Source: Magallana gigas
Taxonomy: Eukaryota
Assembly (NCBI RefSeq): GCF_963853765.1
Contig: NC_088855.1
Location: forward strand, 558,001-622,000
Direction of reading: 5' to 3'
Length of the DNA: 64,000 bases
In this document: positions 1 through 12,461 of the stretch, piece after piece
How the letters are laid out: every line of letters begins with the position of its first letter
How positions within the stretch are numbered: position 1 is the stretch's first letter
Program-made: the position numbers and the translations under genes
Notes under the pieces: generated by a model
What the model was told of the DNA's origin: nothing
Seen by the model: the letters and a program-made list of their open reading frames with translations, nothing else
Databases searched by the model: none

Positions 1-377
1 ACACTATTTAGATGATTAAGGCAGCTACCGAATCCTATGCAAATACCGCTGTACCTAAGGGAAAGAGGGGAATCTCCACTTATGTCTGGGATTGCTGTAA
101 CAAAACACTGACCATGGCTCCGACCTGATAACCTGTCAATTATGGACCAGCTGCTGTTATGAATCTACATGAATGATGTTAGTCACTATGTATAGTAAGT
201 TTGACAGACATGCTAGTTAGTAAATGACTTTTACCAAGACCCCAGGGATCAAGGGATCACACGTCCCAACACATGCCTAGGGAGCATGTCCACACAAGGG
301 GATCATGCCCACATATGCCTAGGATTCATGCCTACATATGCCTAGGAATCATGCCCACTGTAGCAAACTCCTCCTAC

Positions 378-3300
378 CTTTATTTGTTACTAGCTGTTTC
401 AGACCAGATTTACATAGCGTCCTCAAGAAAACGTGTTCTAACTGTGATTTTTCTGACTTGTTGAAGTGTGTCACATTGTTAGCAATACTGGTTTTGTTTA
501 CTAAGGTGAAATTTTCAGCCTTCACATTGGAAGGAACAGGAAATGTCAGAAGACCTGTTAATGATATGGAAGCAATGAGAGATACAGCGAGATAATTGTA
601 TATGTAATGAGACACCAGGATGTGTGAATTCAAAATAGATGAATGAGATGGTGTCGCTTCGTTTGAGCATAATTTGTTATATCCTTCAAGTTTACAACAT
701 GTAATGAAGTTACAGGGAATGAAAATCACTTCTCTGTAAGTGTCAATTCATTAGAAGCTTGTCCGCTATAACCATGTTTCACTGTAAATGTATTGAAGAG
801 AAAATAAAACATACAGTGAGATAAATGTATTCATAGTGAAATAAAAACAAATTCAATAGGATAGTTCTAGGTAGATACACATATGTGCAAATGCATTGGA
901 AACAATGGATATGTAAAGAGATGAATGAAATAGAGATTAGCATAGAAGTTGTTATCAACAAGTGGATACTGTGTAATTAATATTGTTACAATAAGACCTT
1001 CAGAGATTACAGTTTACAATAAAATGTAAAAGAACATTATAGATGAAGTGTGATATTTGTAAATGCAGCGTAAGTATTTTGAATGTACTATGTTTATACA
1101 AAATCAATAATCTATAATTATATGAAATCATCTTTAAAAAAAATTTCCATTGCACCCTGTTTAAGGACAAAAACCATTATAAAACGATTATCTTGCACGT
1201 CATTATTAATTTTAAAGAATGAACATAAGCCAATATTCATTCACACTACTCAGAGTAATGAAAAGTTGAGCGTTCTAGAGTCAAGTCTCTCTAAGACAAA
1301 CCCTAGAGTCAAACAGTGCCATCCACTCCTTCTCTCGTTAATTTCACAAGAAAAGTGCTAGGGGTTGGATCTCCCTTATTATTCAAACATCTATTCCATC
1401 ACAAGCAACATATTGACTTAAAATATTTGAGGTTGATAAATGTTCAAATTTGAAAGATAATAGTCTCTAAATATTTAAGGGCTCATGATTATGAACTACA
1501 ATAACAACAATAAAGAGACTATTTCCTATTTTGATTTCCTGATAAAATGTTCAAATTTGAGAGGTAATGGTCAATTAATATTTATACAATAGCCTTTGAT
1601 AAGAAACAACAGTACAGCAGACCGTTTCCTACCTTTGATTTCGTCTTTGTTCCCCAGTAAGGGACCCAGGGTCTCTGCCCAGATTTTATCTCCACTCACA
1701 TCAGCCATATCAGCCACGGTCAGGGGCCAGACTACGGTGGGGGGAGTCTGGTACAGCTAAAAAATGCGAAACAAATTGTGAGACTCAGATCAAATATTTG
1801 GATATCTCAAAGTTTTTAAACAGTTTCCGAAGTTTGACTGTACTTATCAAAATTGAACTTGCATATTTTATACAAGGTGAACATTTACATATAAGCAGGG
1901 TTCAAAATAAAATTTGTCATCTAATAGAAAGAGATATTTATTTGTCCCTACACCCAGGATTCTATCCAGTTGATACTGAAGTAAGTGTGCAATGTGGTAC
2001 TGCGATGGTCCTTTCTCATACAGAAATACAGCCCTCTTCATCGGTTTCTCCAGGTTTGCTAGCTCGACCTCAAAACGAGCCCCCACCGTAGAGGTCAACT
2101 GGAACTTGTCAACTCCTGTGTGTCTAGTGATGCGCGACATCTTTACTTTCAGTTTCCAATTGTCCTCTGACACACCTAACAAACAAAGAGCGACCACATG
2201 ATCATTTTCTACCTGATTTTTAAAAGTCATGGAAAGTTTTACTCAGAATGTTGCTAACTATATCCTTTTTTAACAGCATTGAGAATATATGGATTCGTAA
2301 GCATTGACACAATTTAATGAAATCATCAAATTAAACATAAAAATACATTTGTTCCTAAAACACATATTTTCAGGAAACTTCTTTCTATTGCTTTTCAAGA
2401 AAGTTCAAAATGAAGAGAAAACCTTTGAGTCCTAGATGAGTCATTAATCGCCTTTCTCTCGAGATTCTGGCCTCTGTGTTTGCATTCCACGTTCTAGCTC
2501 GGCACTCTGACACCATCATCTCCGCAGATGCTGTGGTCTGGGTGTTAACTGCATTTACTGGAACCCCCTGTACTGAGGCTGCAGACCGGATGAACAGTGT
2601 GGCTCCAACGTTAGGCTGAGGTTTCCCAGTGCCAGAATTTTTTGCCACCATCGTCATCAGAGCTGTGAATTTGAAAAAGGGAAACAACTCTTAAAGAAGC
2701 AAACTTTACAATCCTATTTTCTTTTTCAAAAACTTAGTTTACTCTTAAATTACAAGACTAAATTGTCAGGAAAATATTGCTTTACTCTATATATTATTCA
2801 AATCAATGAAAGGAAGGGATTTAATTTCTTTAAATTCTCAATAACATTTCTTGGAATATGTTCCAGAGAAGTTATTATTGAAAAAATAAAATGTATCAAA
2901 TGTAGTGGCTTAAAATAGAAAAAAAATATACTGATAAGTTAAGGTCAAAGGTCATAAAAGAAATTTACACTTTCTAAGCCCCAATGAATACAGAATAAAA
3001 CAAACTGAATGTGTCATCACATGTGACTGACAACTCACAAAAAGAAGCGTACGGTGGATTATCTACAGACATGTGTTTGAAAGGACAAAAAGTGAAGTTG
3101 TGATAAAATGTACCGTTGATTTTCAACAGACATGAAGTTGTGACAAACTGTACAGTTGATTATCAACAGACATGAAGTTTTACCATCTCCATCAGGATTG
3201 GAAGCAAACAGGACGAAGGAGCGACACTGAGGGTCGGTATTACAGAAGTTCTTGGCCTCGCCCAGGCTGTGGACGGTGATGACACATCCCCACAGGACAC

Positions 3301-6300
3301 GCGACGACTGGCATGTATAGTCATACTGGCCGGGGAAGTTGGACTGTTCAATCCTCTGGTAGTCCCCACTCTGTAATTTCAATGCAGTCAATGAATTACT
3401 TCATATGTGTTGAGAAAACATTATACTGCCTATATTTTCAATGATCTAAACTAGACAGAATGCATGACTAGACATATGTAGACCTAACATCTCCCAAAAC
3501 ATCCTCCCAAGTATAGGACATGAAAGCTTAGCAAAGAACGGGAACCTTTTGTGACTCTGACACCATTTATTATTCTCTTATTGGACAGACAACAAGACTT
3601 AAACTTGAGACCTTTTTCTGTGGTAGGATGCGGTTGGCCATGATCTCCTCCTGGCGGTGCTGATCCTCCTGGCCGTGCTGATTCTCCTGGCGGTGCTGAT
3701 CTGCGTGGTGTCTCTCTACTCTCTCCTGTACCATCTCAACCTTAACATGACCCTGACCTTCGTTAGCATCGTAACCAACTCCGACTTGAGCTTAAGGGTA
3801 CAAAGAACAACATCATATTTATTATCAAATTGTACTCAATGTAAATATACATGTAGAAATCAAATATTTAATATGCATCATTCCTGCTAAGGTTTGTACA
3901 GGGAATATTGGATAAGGATAAATACAGAGAGACTCTCTAATGGGTAAAATTCACTCTAATGTATAATAAAACAGGGTTAAAACATGATAAAAGAATCTTC
4001 TATGATTTGTGATACTAGTATAAGTTATTTTCCCTACTCATTGTATGTTTTTTCTCACCTCGCTAAGCACCAAAGACTAAATAGACAACTGGCTTTATAA
4101 AATGTATTTATGTTATACACAATACCAAATAATGGGGGGTTCTATATTGGCATACTTTTCTATTTGATATCTCAATTTGCACATTTTTCAAAGCCCCTGA
4201 CATTTAAAGAGAGCCTTACCTGTTTCTGTCTGCATCCCTTTCAGTTTTGGAATGATTTGATTGGCTGTGATGTTGAGCAGCATAATGCTTTGTTTCAGTT
4301 CATTAATACCCCGAGATATAGCAGAGGGAGGATTACTCAACAGCTCATTGAACAGCGAGGCTCCCACCCTCTGCATATTATTTTTAGCATTCCAATCTTT
4401 ACAGCGACCACTTTCACAGGAAATGTCTGAAGGAAAAAAAATTCTATATTTAAGGATAACAGTTCTTCAAAATACATGTATAAGTATATTATGTAATGTA
4501 TTCTGGAGCATATTTATATATATAAAGTGCTTTCTGCAGTTAGAATTTTTTTTTGAATTTCTAGCAAATATTTTCACTTGAATTGCAGGAAAAAAGGTCC
4601 TGTTGCGCTAAGTAAAAAAACTAAAATTAAAAAGACAACTTCAAAAACTTACGTGCTAATGACGCAGTGGGGATTTTACAATCAGCATCGGACTGACACG
4701 TCTTCTCATCCAAGTTAACATCATCGAGGTCCACCAGTTTTAGTTTGTTCTCTCTGGTCGTGACAAAATCGTCCATTCTTATTCCTAGGAGCTCTACGCT
4801 ACCTAACGGACTTTCCTCTAAGTACTTCAACATCTCCGCCAGCTGAATGGCAAACTGTTGGAAAATTTATAAACATACAAAATGATTTTATATTATGATT
4901 CCCATTATGTATGACTTTGTGTAACACAACAAACTGTTTAAAAATTTATGAACATACAAATTGAAAATTTCATATTATGTTTTATGATATATTCAAATTA
5001 TGATTCCCTTGATTTATGAAATATTTTTCATCTTTGGCAGTTTGCACACATTTTTCAATATCGGTATAAAAATGAAACAAAGGGGCATGGTCACAATTTT
5101 GGTCAAAATAATTTTTTCCATTTAACATTTACAATGCTTCTCCGAGGCAATTTTAATAGGCAACTAAAATTTGAGTGTCATTTGTTGAGTTATATGTAAA
5201 CATGTAAATGTAAACAAAACTTTTGTTTACATTTTAAATGTTAAAGTGAAAATTCCAGTTTTAGACCTATCATGAATGTGTTAAACATTAGGAACTGTTT
5301 ATTTATGCTAAAAATGAATAAAAAGATAGACAAATCAGCATAAACAAGATTTTACTGGTATATTGAACCTATATAAACAAAAACAGGGCCAAGCCTTGTT
5401 TACATGACAAAGAATAGCAAGCCCAGCCCCTGTATCTTGCTAATAACTCTACAACTGACTCTCAATTTCATTTGATCATTAGAAATGCATCACTAAAGCA
5501 TTGTAAATAATAGATACAGAAAAATAGAATTTGACCAAAATCGTGACCATGCCCCTTTAAACTTAAAATGCTGACCCTCATGCGAGTGTCCCACTGTGTG
5601 TATGACAGGATCCCTGGGGTGACCGGGGTCCCCGCCTCTAGCACCAGTAACAGACCCTTCTTCTTTATATCGTAGTTAATGCTGTCCCCCCGGATACAGA
5701 ACCCGATCAGATTGACGATGCCTGGGTGTTTCAGGATGGACAGAAGGAGAATCTCCCGCATCAGGTGATAGTTCCCCATGTTGTGACACTTATCCGCATC
5801 GTAAACTCTCTTCATGCATTTGATTTTGGTTTCCTGATCATTCCCCTGACTCTTAATCACGACCTCCGTATTCTGTGGACGTAGTATGGCACGATCTACG
5901 TACTTCTTGCTGCCTACTTTTATTGCTTGTGAGATTCGAATATAATCAATGTCTTTGCAAGAGAGCCCACTCTCATAGCCCAAATCTGACAACTGAATTT
6001 TAATGTCGTATGCCATTTCATCCGCGTCTTTGGCAGTTCCCCAGTTGTCTGGATACAGATCCGATAACAACCTCCTTAAACGTACTGTCTTATCCTCATC
6101 CATAAGCGGGACGTCTTGGTTTACAGAGTACTGATTTGGATTCACGATTTGTTTCACTTTTTGGCGCATCTCCACCACATTGAGGCGGTGCCTCTCTTCT
6201 TTGTTCTGTCTGTCTGACTTGCTGTCGCCATCGTTGACTTGTTTATAGGTGAGGATCACTCCAATGATAGTGAATATAAAAAGGAAGGCTGTCCAGCCGG

Positions 6301-6334
6301 ACCGATACCGAAGTCTACACCTCATTGTTCTCAT
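378..6334 (-). CDS. Type II membrane secretory-pathway kinase-like protein: PKDCC/VLK-like domain fused to a C-terminal Fam20/Four-jointed/GASK1-like domain; 3' end not resolved
   Basis: Phase-compatible GT-AG exons: 5576-6334, 4653-4854, 4220-4426, 3612-3790, 3184-3370, 2423-2662, 1952-2175, 1633-1756, 378-554. The signal-anchor is WTAFLFIFTIIGVILTY. PKDCC-like segments: EVVIK, REILLLSILKHPGIVNLIGFC, YLEESPLGSV, KLVDLDD..DEKTCQSDADC, CESGRCKDWNAKNN, YTCQSSRVLWGCVITVHSLGEAKNFCNTDPQCRSFV. The downstream segments YQLDRILG|LYQTPPTV and GNKDEIKG|LLTFPVP resemble Fam20C HLDRILDFRRVPPV and GKPDQIEGSLAAFLP. The donors at 3611 (gtctca) and 2422 (gttttc) are weak. Confidence 0.8.
5081..5556. mobile_element. 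Non-autonomous TIR element (MITE), Kolobok-like, copy 1
   Basis: Inverted termini aggggcatggtcacaattttggtcaa and ttgaccaaaatcgtgaccatgcccct, with TTAA at 5557-5560. The same family occurs at 56780 and 58235. The superfamily is inferred from the TTAA flank and purine-purine ends. Confidence 0.75.
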
Positions 6335-6364
6335 TCCAGTCTTATGTCATTTTTATTGTGTGAC

Positions 6365-7779
6365 CTAAAATGAAATAATAATTAAAATTAATTCATGTAA
6401 GTACATATAAAACTCAAATTAATATTGGATTACAGAAGTTTTTCATCCCTTTATTGTAAAGTTGAGTTGATTTTTGAGAGTGAAAACCATTTAAAACAAC
6501 AAAATGTAATACATGACAGAAACCATATATTACTGTAAACGTACTACATTTGGCTGTGTACTCTATTTAATGCTTTTGGTGGAATGTGGCTTCCGCTAAA
6601 TACCATGCATATATGTATAAGAATAGTCACATCCAGGAATACTCTAATTCGAATCCATTTGACGAATTGTACCAAGGCATTTTGTTAAAATACACGTTTG
6701 AATTTGCCTGCCATTTTGTTGGAAATCGCACTTGGAATTTCTCCAATTTTACTGTTAACATGGCGACCATGAAAATTTAGGCGAGATACAGCGCGATATA
6801 ATTCTTTTATTTGCTACGAAGCGAGTATATGGGAGGAATTCTATCTTTAAACAGATTTTAACGATAGAACATTCTATCTAGGATTCCGGATCCGATTCCC
6901 GGTTCTGCCATAGATTTTCATTGTAATCATATGCTCATTCCTCCTTTCCTATTGCAAACAAAAATTAGCTGATGAAGCGAGGTGGTATCCAAGATGGCGT
7001 CCTCCTTTGTTAATTTTCCTCTGATGTTTCGACTTTTTTAACGATGATTTTTCTACATAAGCCCCTGTGCAGCAATCATAAATAAGCATCAAAATAGATT
7101 ATCTGCACCTTTGATCAGTTGAACTTTATGATATCCATCTGCATTTCTCCAAGTTGCAAAATGTAGAACATTAAAACTTTTAAGATAAATCATTTACTCA
7201 TATTCGGCTGAACACTTTAAAGCAAAAATGACAGTTAACATTCGGTACAATCTTAACAATTCCTACCGTTTTATGGCCTTTTTCTGATGCCTTCCTTTTC
7301 AGGTTTTGGTTACAAACAAAGGGGCATGCCAATTTGTTCATGAAATCATTCGACAAAAGATGGTATTAATTAATTCAAACTATAAACTCAAGGAGTTGAA
7401 TTAAAGGATCATTATATCTTAATAATGTACAATTTATCAACTTTAATAATTTTCTAATCATAGGTATCAGGGAGCAATATGTTTATTGATATCGGTACGA
7501 CGTTATTATGTACAACTTACTAAATAAAATTGCAAAAGGGGCTACTCGATTGCTTAGCAGAGTCTGTATAAAACACATACTTTGTAGTAAAACTATCAGA
7601 GAACAGAAAATATTATATCGTTAATTTTTTTAAAATTATAATTGTATAAAAGTTAATATCTTTAAATTCCAATATTGGCTATACTCTTTCATCAGAAAAT
7701 ACGACAATTTTAAGTAATTGGAGATCGTAGACGAATCAAACACACCTCCAATGCTTGTCAGCTCGGAAGATTGTGAAAG
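6365..7779. promoter_or_regulatory. Divergent promoter region between the kinase-like gene and POLR2J
   Basis: The genes are head-to-head. YY1-type motifs aacatggcg (6757-6765) and aagatggcg (6991-6999) are present. An acceptor at 6365-6366 just upstream of the kinase ATG implies a non-coding first exon within this interval. Confidence 0.5.
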
Positions 7780-10560
7780 ATGAATGCGCCACCGACATTT
7801 GAATCGTTTCTCTTGTTTGATGGAGAGAAAAAGTGAGCAATTTATTTTATAAAACGTTCTAAATTGCACGGGCATCTTACGTTGGTGACGTTTTTTTTTA
7901 AACTTCTTAGATCATTTGTTTCAAGTCTGTTTAATAACGTGCTTTAAACAGTTTAAAAGATATTTTTAATTTTTGTGTGAATATTTTGTAGAATAACAAT
8001 AGAGAAGGACACCAAGGTACCAAATGCAGCAATATTCACTGTGAACAAAGAGGATCATACCCTAGGGAATATGATTACTGCGTATGGATTAAGTATAGAT
8101 AAACTATTTGCAAAGCACTATGTTGATTATCAATATTATAGTTATACATCATTCATAGGATGCTTTCCATTAAACCGGCATTGCCAGATTTGTTGATGAT
8201 GCCTTCATTGCCAATTGCTGGAATGTGCGACATCGGCGAGTGATTGTGGCAATGCTTTTAACCATTGCCGATTAGGAAACAATATGACGTAAAACTTATC
8301 ATATACTTTTTATACCTAACTTTAAATACAAAACGGGGATTTCTGTTACTCCTATTTGTTCTACTACATTATATTGAAACTGCAAGAAACTTTAATATCT
8401 GGACCAAATATAAAGATAAGTATCAGTTTTAGGATACAATTGTTGTTGTTGAAGCATATTGATAATGCCAACCGTTCCATTGAATGCTGGAGAAAACGTA
8501 CCCAGGAGAAAACGTACCCAGGAGAAAACGTACCCAATTTATAGGGTACGTTTTCTCCAGGAGAAAACGTACCCGGGTACGTTTTCTCCAAGAGAAAACG
8601 TACCCTATGAAAAAAATGGTTTTCATAGATATTCTTAAATGAAACAAAATAAAATATACAATAAAAATTTGTATCATTTGTTGTTGTTGTTTTTAAATGC
8701 ATAGTCACGTACTTAAATTATTAAGACAATAATTTGTAACATACACATACACGAACATGGCCTGGGCAGTTTAATTAGTCGACAATTAATACACCATAAA
8801 CGAAACCGTTAAATAATAAGTTTTTATTGCAATCTCATTTGGATAACTAAATGATGAGTATGTCAAGAAGTCGATATCGCGTTATTTTTAACATTTTTTT
8901 TTAATTTTATCTATAGAACAAAGTTGCTTAATAAAACCAAGTCTACTGAAGTCTTTTGAATATTTGTTTGATTCATATATATGGAAACTACTACGAAATG
9001 TAACATTGAACAGTCAATATGCTTCCGACGCCACTGACATGTATAATGTGTGGAGAGTGAATATTTCTACCTCCTGCGCGGGGAGGCAATACATAATATT
9101 ACATAATAATAAATTAACTGCTTAGGTATTTAATTGATTATCACTATAATTAAAATCAGTGGATCTCGCATAGAGAAACTCAAATTGGTAAGGCTACCGA
9201 TAAATGGATAATTAGAAACACTTTATGACAGGTAATTATTTTGTACTAAAATAAAAGTTGCTACAATTATTATAAAGATATTATTCATAAAAGGAATATA
9301 TTTCTATACATCTATGCATTGAAATATGCATAAAAGTAGCTTTTGAAAATTATTTAATATGACCAACCCCTTTAAAATTATAAAGTATTACATTCATATA
9401 TGTATAAAACTCTTACATTTCTGTATATTTATAATGAAAATAGTATTTAAAAGTATTAAAAACTATTAAGTAGTATAATTATGATTTTCATAGGGTACGT
9501 TTTCTCTTGGAGAAAACGTACCCGGGTACGTTTTCTCCAGGAGAAAACGTACCCTAGAGATTGGGTACGTTTTCTCCTGGGTACGTTTTCTCTTGGGTAC
9601 GTTTTCTCCTGATACCGTTCCATTGACGTCACCATTTCTTGATAAGTTTGGACGAGGCAGTGTGAATGGAAAGCACCCATAGCGTGAATATAAAGCAAAC
9701 TTTCAATATATAAGTTACTGTGGTGGCCACTAGATAATTTGATTTCCAGCACAAGATAGCTCAGTAGGTAGAATACATGAATGAAGATTCAGAGGTCCTA
9801 CGTTAGAAACCTGGACTGGTCTGTCATTATTTCTCCCCTCTCGTTACATTTCATACCATAACCTGAACCATGACCATTTATTTTATTCTAGACTTTTAAA
9901 CTGTTAAGAAAGTATATCGGATCATGTCATGAACAAATCTGTCATTTTCTGAAGTTACATGTATTTGACACAAAGACAAATTGTAAACTGATGTTTTATA
10001 AATCTTTGCACAGCCAGCTCAGAAAAGACCCTCAGGTGCTGTTTGCTGGATACAAGAACCCCCACCCCTTGGAGCACAAGTTTGTCCTGAGGGTTCAGAC
10101 CACATCCGACTACAGTCCCCAGGAGGCCATAACTCACGCTATCACCGATCTCATCTCAGAGTTCTCCTTGCTGGAGGAGAGATTTAAGGTAAAACAGAAG
10201 AACGAAGTACATTGGTCTTAGTCTCGTCCATTTCATACTGTTAATAGAAGTGGCAGTTAATGGTTAATAGTTAAAATTAGTCTTCTATCACTGTGCATGT
10301 TGACATTTTGATATGCTTTCTGCTTTTATTAATTACATTTAGTCAAGTCAATCGTAAAGGTTGTTTTGTTATTGAATTTTCCATATCACTATGTATGTTA
10401 GCTTGTAGAGATACTACTTATTGATTCTTTTAGTTAAATCTGATAGTTCTTGCTTTATGTATAATTGTAGCCAGTTGATTATTTTAGTTTAATCTAATGA
10501 TCTTTGATTTATTTTTTGTAGGAGGCAGTTCGTGAGAAGCAAGAAGGAGACATGATATAG
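7780..10560 (+). CDS. POLR2J: DNA-directed RNA polymerase II subunit RPB11, 118 aa
   Basis: Exons 7780-7832, 7992-8081, 10014-10188, 10522-10560 (357 nt). Translation: [70 protein letters not shown]...[19 protein letters not shown], which matches the RPB11 signature. Confidence 0.98.
8484..9613. mobile_element. Foldback-like element with modular ~125-bp inverted arms, in POLR2J intron 2
   Basis: Arms 8488-8613 and 9485-9611 are near-identical inverted copies. Each holds seven GGAGAAAACGTACCC-type modules in mixed orientation. The direct repeat ACCGTTCCATTGA flanks the element at 8471-8483 and 9614-9626. Confidence 0.8.
9747..9849 (+). mobile_element. tRNA-derived SINE fragment
   Basis: A-box-like tagctcagtaggtagaa and degenerate B-box gttagaaacc, ending in ctctcgttaca. 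No intact cloverleaf. Confidence 0.5.
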
Positions 10561-11439
10561 GGAGTTAGCAGAAATAGATACAACAATTTTTAAATTGGAG
10601 TTCAAATAACAACTCACTCTTATAAGAGACTGATTGGTCTGACTTAGGTTTTGAGGACCAAGTATACTAGTTTGTGAATGGGGAACTCAAAGACTGTAAA
10701 ACTACACAAGTACAGGGTTCTAGATCTGGAATGTCCGTGTCATGTTTACAATACATGTTTGGATGTGATGACTTGTTGTGTTGTGAGTTTGTATCTGACA
10801 AAAGAGCTGAGGTTTTGTGTGTGTCTGATAAAAAGAGATACGAGCGTTGCAAGAACTTTGAGTCTGTTACAATATTGTAATATTGCAATTGTTTGTGTGT
10901 TTAATAATCTGTGTGTGTGTCTTGTGTCGGTGTGTTTAGATGGTTAAGAAATGTGAAAGAATTGATATGCAAAGTTTTGTATCTGAATAAAGGTGAGCAT
11001 GTTAACAAGAGTTTTTGTGTTTCGTTTTAAAAAGATAAATACAGGTACAATTTGGTGGTAGATTTGAAATTAGGACTTTAAGAAATCCTGAATGTTCTGT
11101 TACCAGAAAAGGTATCTGATATCCTATCAAATGCTGATGAGGTTAATAAACTATTGGAACATAGAAAATTTTTATAGTGTTTTACAATTTTTTTTTGGCG
11201 GGGGGGAGGGGGTTGATTTGAATTGAGAATGCTAAATGCCTGTATCAACAAGAACATTTTAAAATTTTGTATGCCTTATTATTATATTTGATTATGGTTG
11301 ACCAGAGTAATGTCATTTAATCATCATCATGACGTGAATTTGGTCCTTCTAAAGCAGTTTGATTTTTTTTAACAGGATGATTTTATAGTCATATCACGTT
11401 GGGTATTGTAGTTTTTAAAAAAGATCCTAAACAATTGTT

Positions 11440-11630
11440 TATATATGGGACATAAAACCTATATCAAACCTGAACCCCTTGTGAGGCCTAAGAATCGTCC
11501 AGGGGCCAAAGTCTAAACAATTATAAGGAATCGCCTGGCTGATAAGTTTCTTAGAGGATTTTTAAAGATTTACTCTGTATATTCCTATGTAAAACTTTGA
11601 TCCCCCAGTTTGGCCCCACCCTACCCCCTA
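11440..11630. repeat. Fragment of a bivalve Helentron/satellite-associated repeat
   Basis: gatttttaaagatt...tattcctatgtaaaactttgatcccccagtttggccccaccctacccc resembles, from memory, the oyster ~166-bp satellite/Helentron core unit. Not verified. Confidence 0.35.
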
Positions 11631-12084
11631 GAAAAGAAACGTTTGTTTTTTTCAATCCTATATAGCAACATGCATAATTATGATACTAGCACATTTTACG
11701 ACAAAATAACAACGGAAAAATACCGCGGTTTTCAAGATGGATATAGATAGTGGCTGTACTATTATAATAGCATTGTACAGGAATGAGTATGCATGGAAAT
11801 GTGCATGCAGCATCAAGCTACTAATCTTTCCAAAATACACACATAATACTAAAATTACGAATTATAAGAAAATAAACTTTAATAGAATGATTGCTGTAAA
11901 ACTTTTCTCCTTAGAGAACTCATTAGTAATAATTTACTGCCATATTGTACAGATTACAGGGTAGGTTTAAACATGTCGTTTTGTAAATTTAGCAGTAAAT
12001 TTACTAGGAGGGTGGAAATGAAATATTTAGAAATTTACAGTTAAGACATAATATACCTATATCGTAAGTGTAAAAACACATATT

Positions 12085-12461
12085 ATTATACTTTCATGTT
12101 AAATACTGAAATCTGATTGGTTTAGACGCAGTTGGTAATCAGTTCTATTACCCTCTGCGTTAGCAACACACTTGGCAACGGGTAACAGAACGAACTGTTA
12201 CATGCGCGTAAATTATGTGCGTACGGTTCGCCGTAGAATTCACTTCATTTCTATATATTTACATTTTCAACTGTCTTTGTCTGTGATATAAAAACAGTAA
12301 AATTTTCTTTAAAATTAAGACATTCAGTGTAATAAAATAAATAGTGCCTGTTTGGGAGGGTAACTGTTGAAATTGACACCCCTCGAAAACCAAAACAATG
12401 GTTGTCTCGGGGTGTCAATTTCAACTGTTACCCTCCCAAACTGGCACTATTTATATAATGT
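12085..12461 (+). mobile_element. ~375-bp hairpin-type repeat, Crypton-like, copy 1 with the hairpin tip deleted
   Basis: Starts ttattatactttcatgttaaatactgaaatctgattgg and ends with the palindrome aatagtgcctgtttgggagg...cctcccaaactggcactattt then ataatgtt. Homologous to 14126-14483 and 22026-22404. Confidence 0.7.

Noticed and set aside
1-176. Candidate further kinase-gene exons near the window start
   Set aside because: Phase-1 acceptors give either early stops (e.g. GYQVGAMVSVLLQQSQT*, GTAVFA*) or no recognisable motif, so I could not choose an exon. The 3' end is left open.
3657-3890. Plus-strand hydrophobic ORF MLILLAVLILLAV...
   Set aside because: It is the antisense reading of the 18-nt repeats in the kinase linker exon.
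8364-9752. ORFs with repeated EKTYP / RVRFL / GYVFS peptides
   Set aside because: They are translations of the foldback element arms inside POLR2J intron 2.
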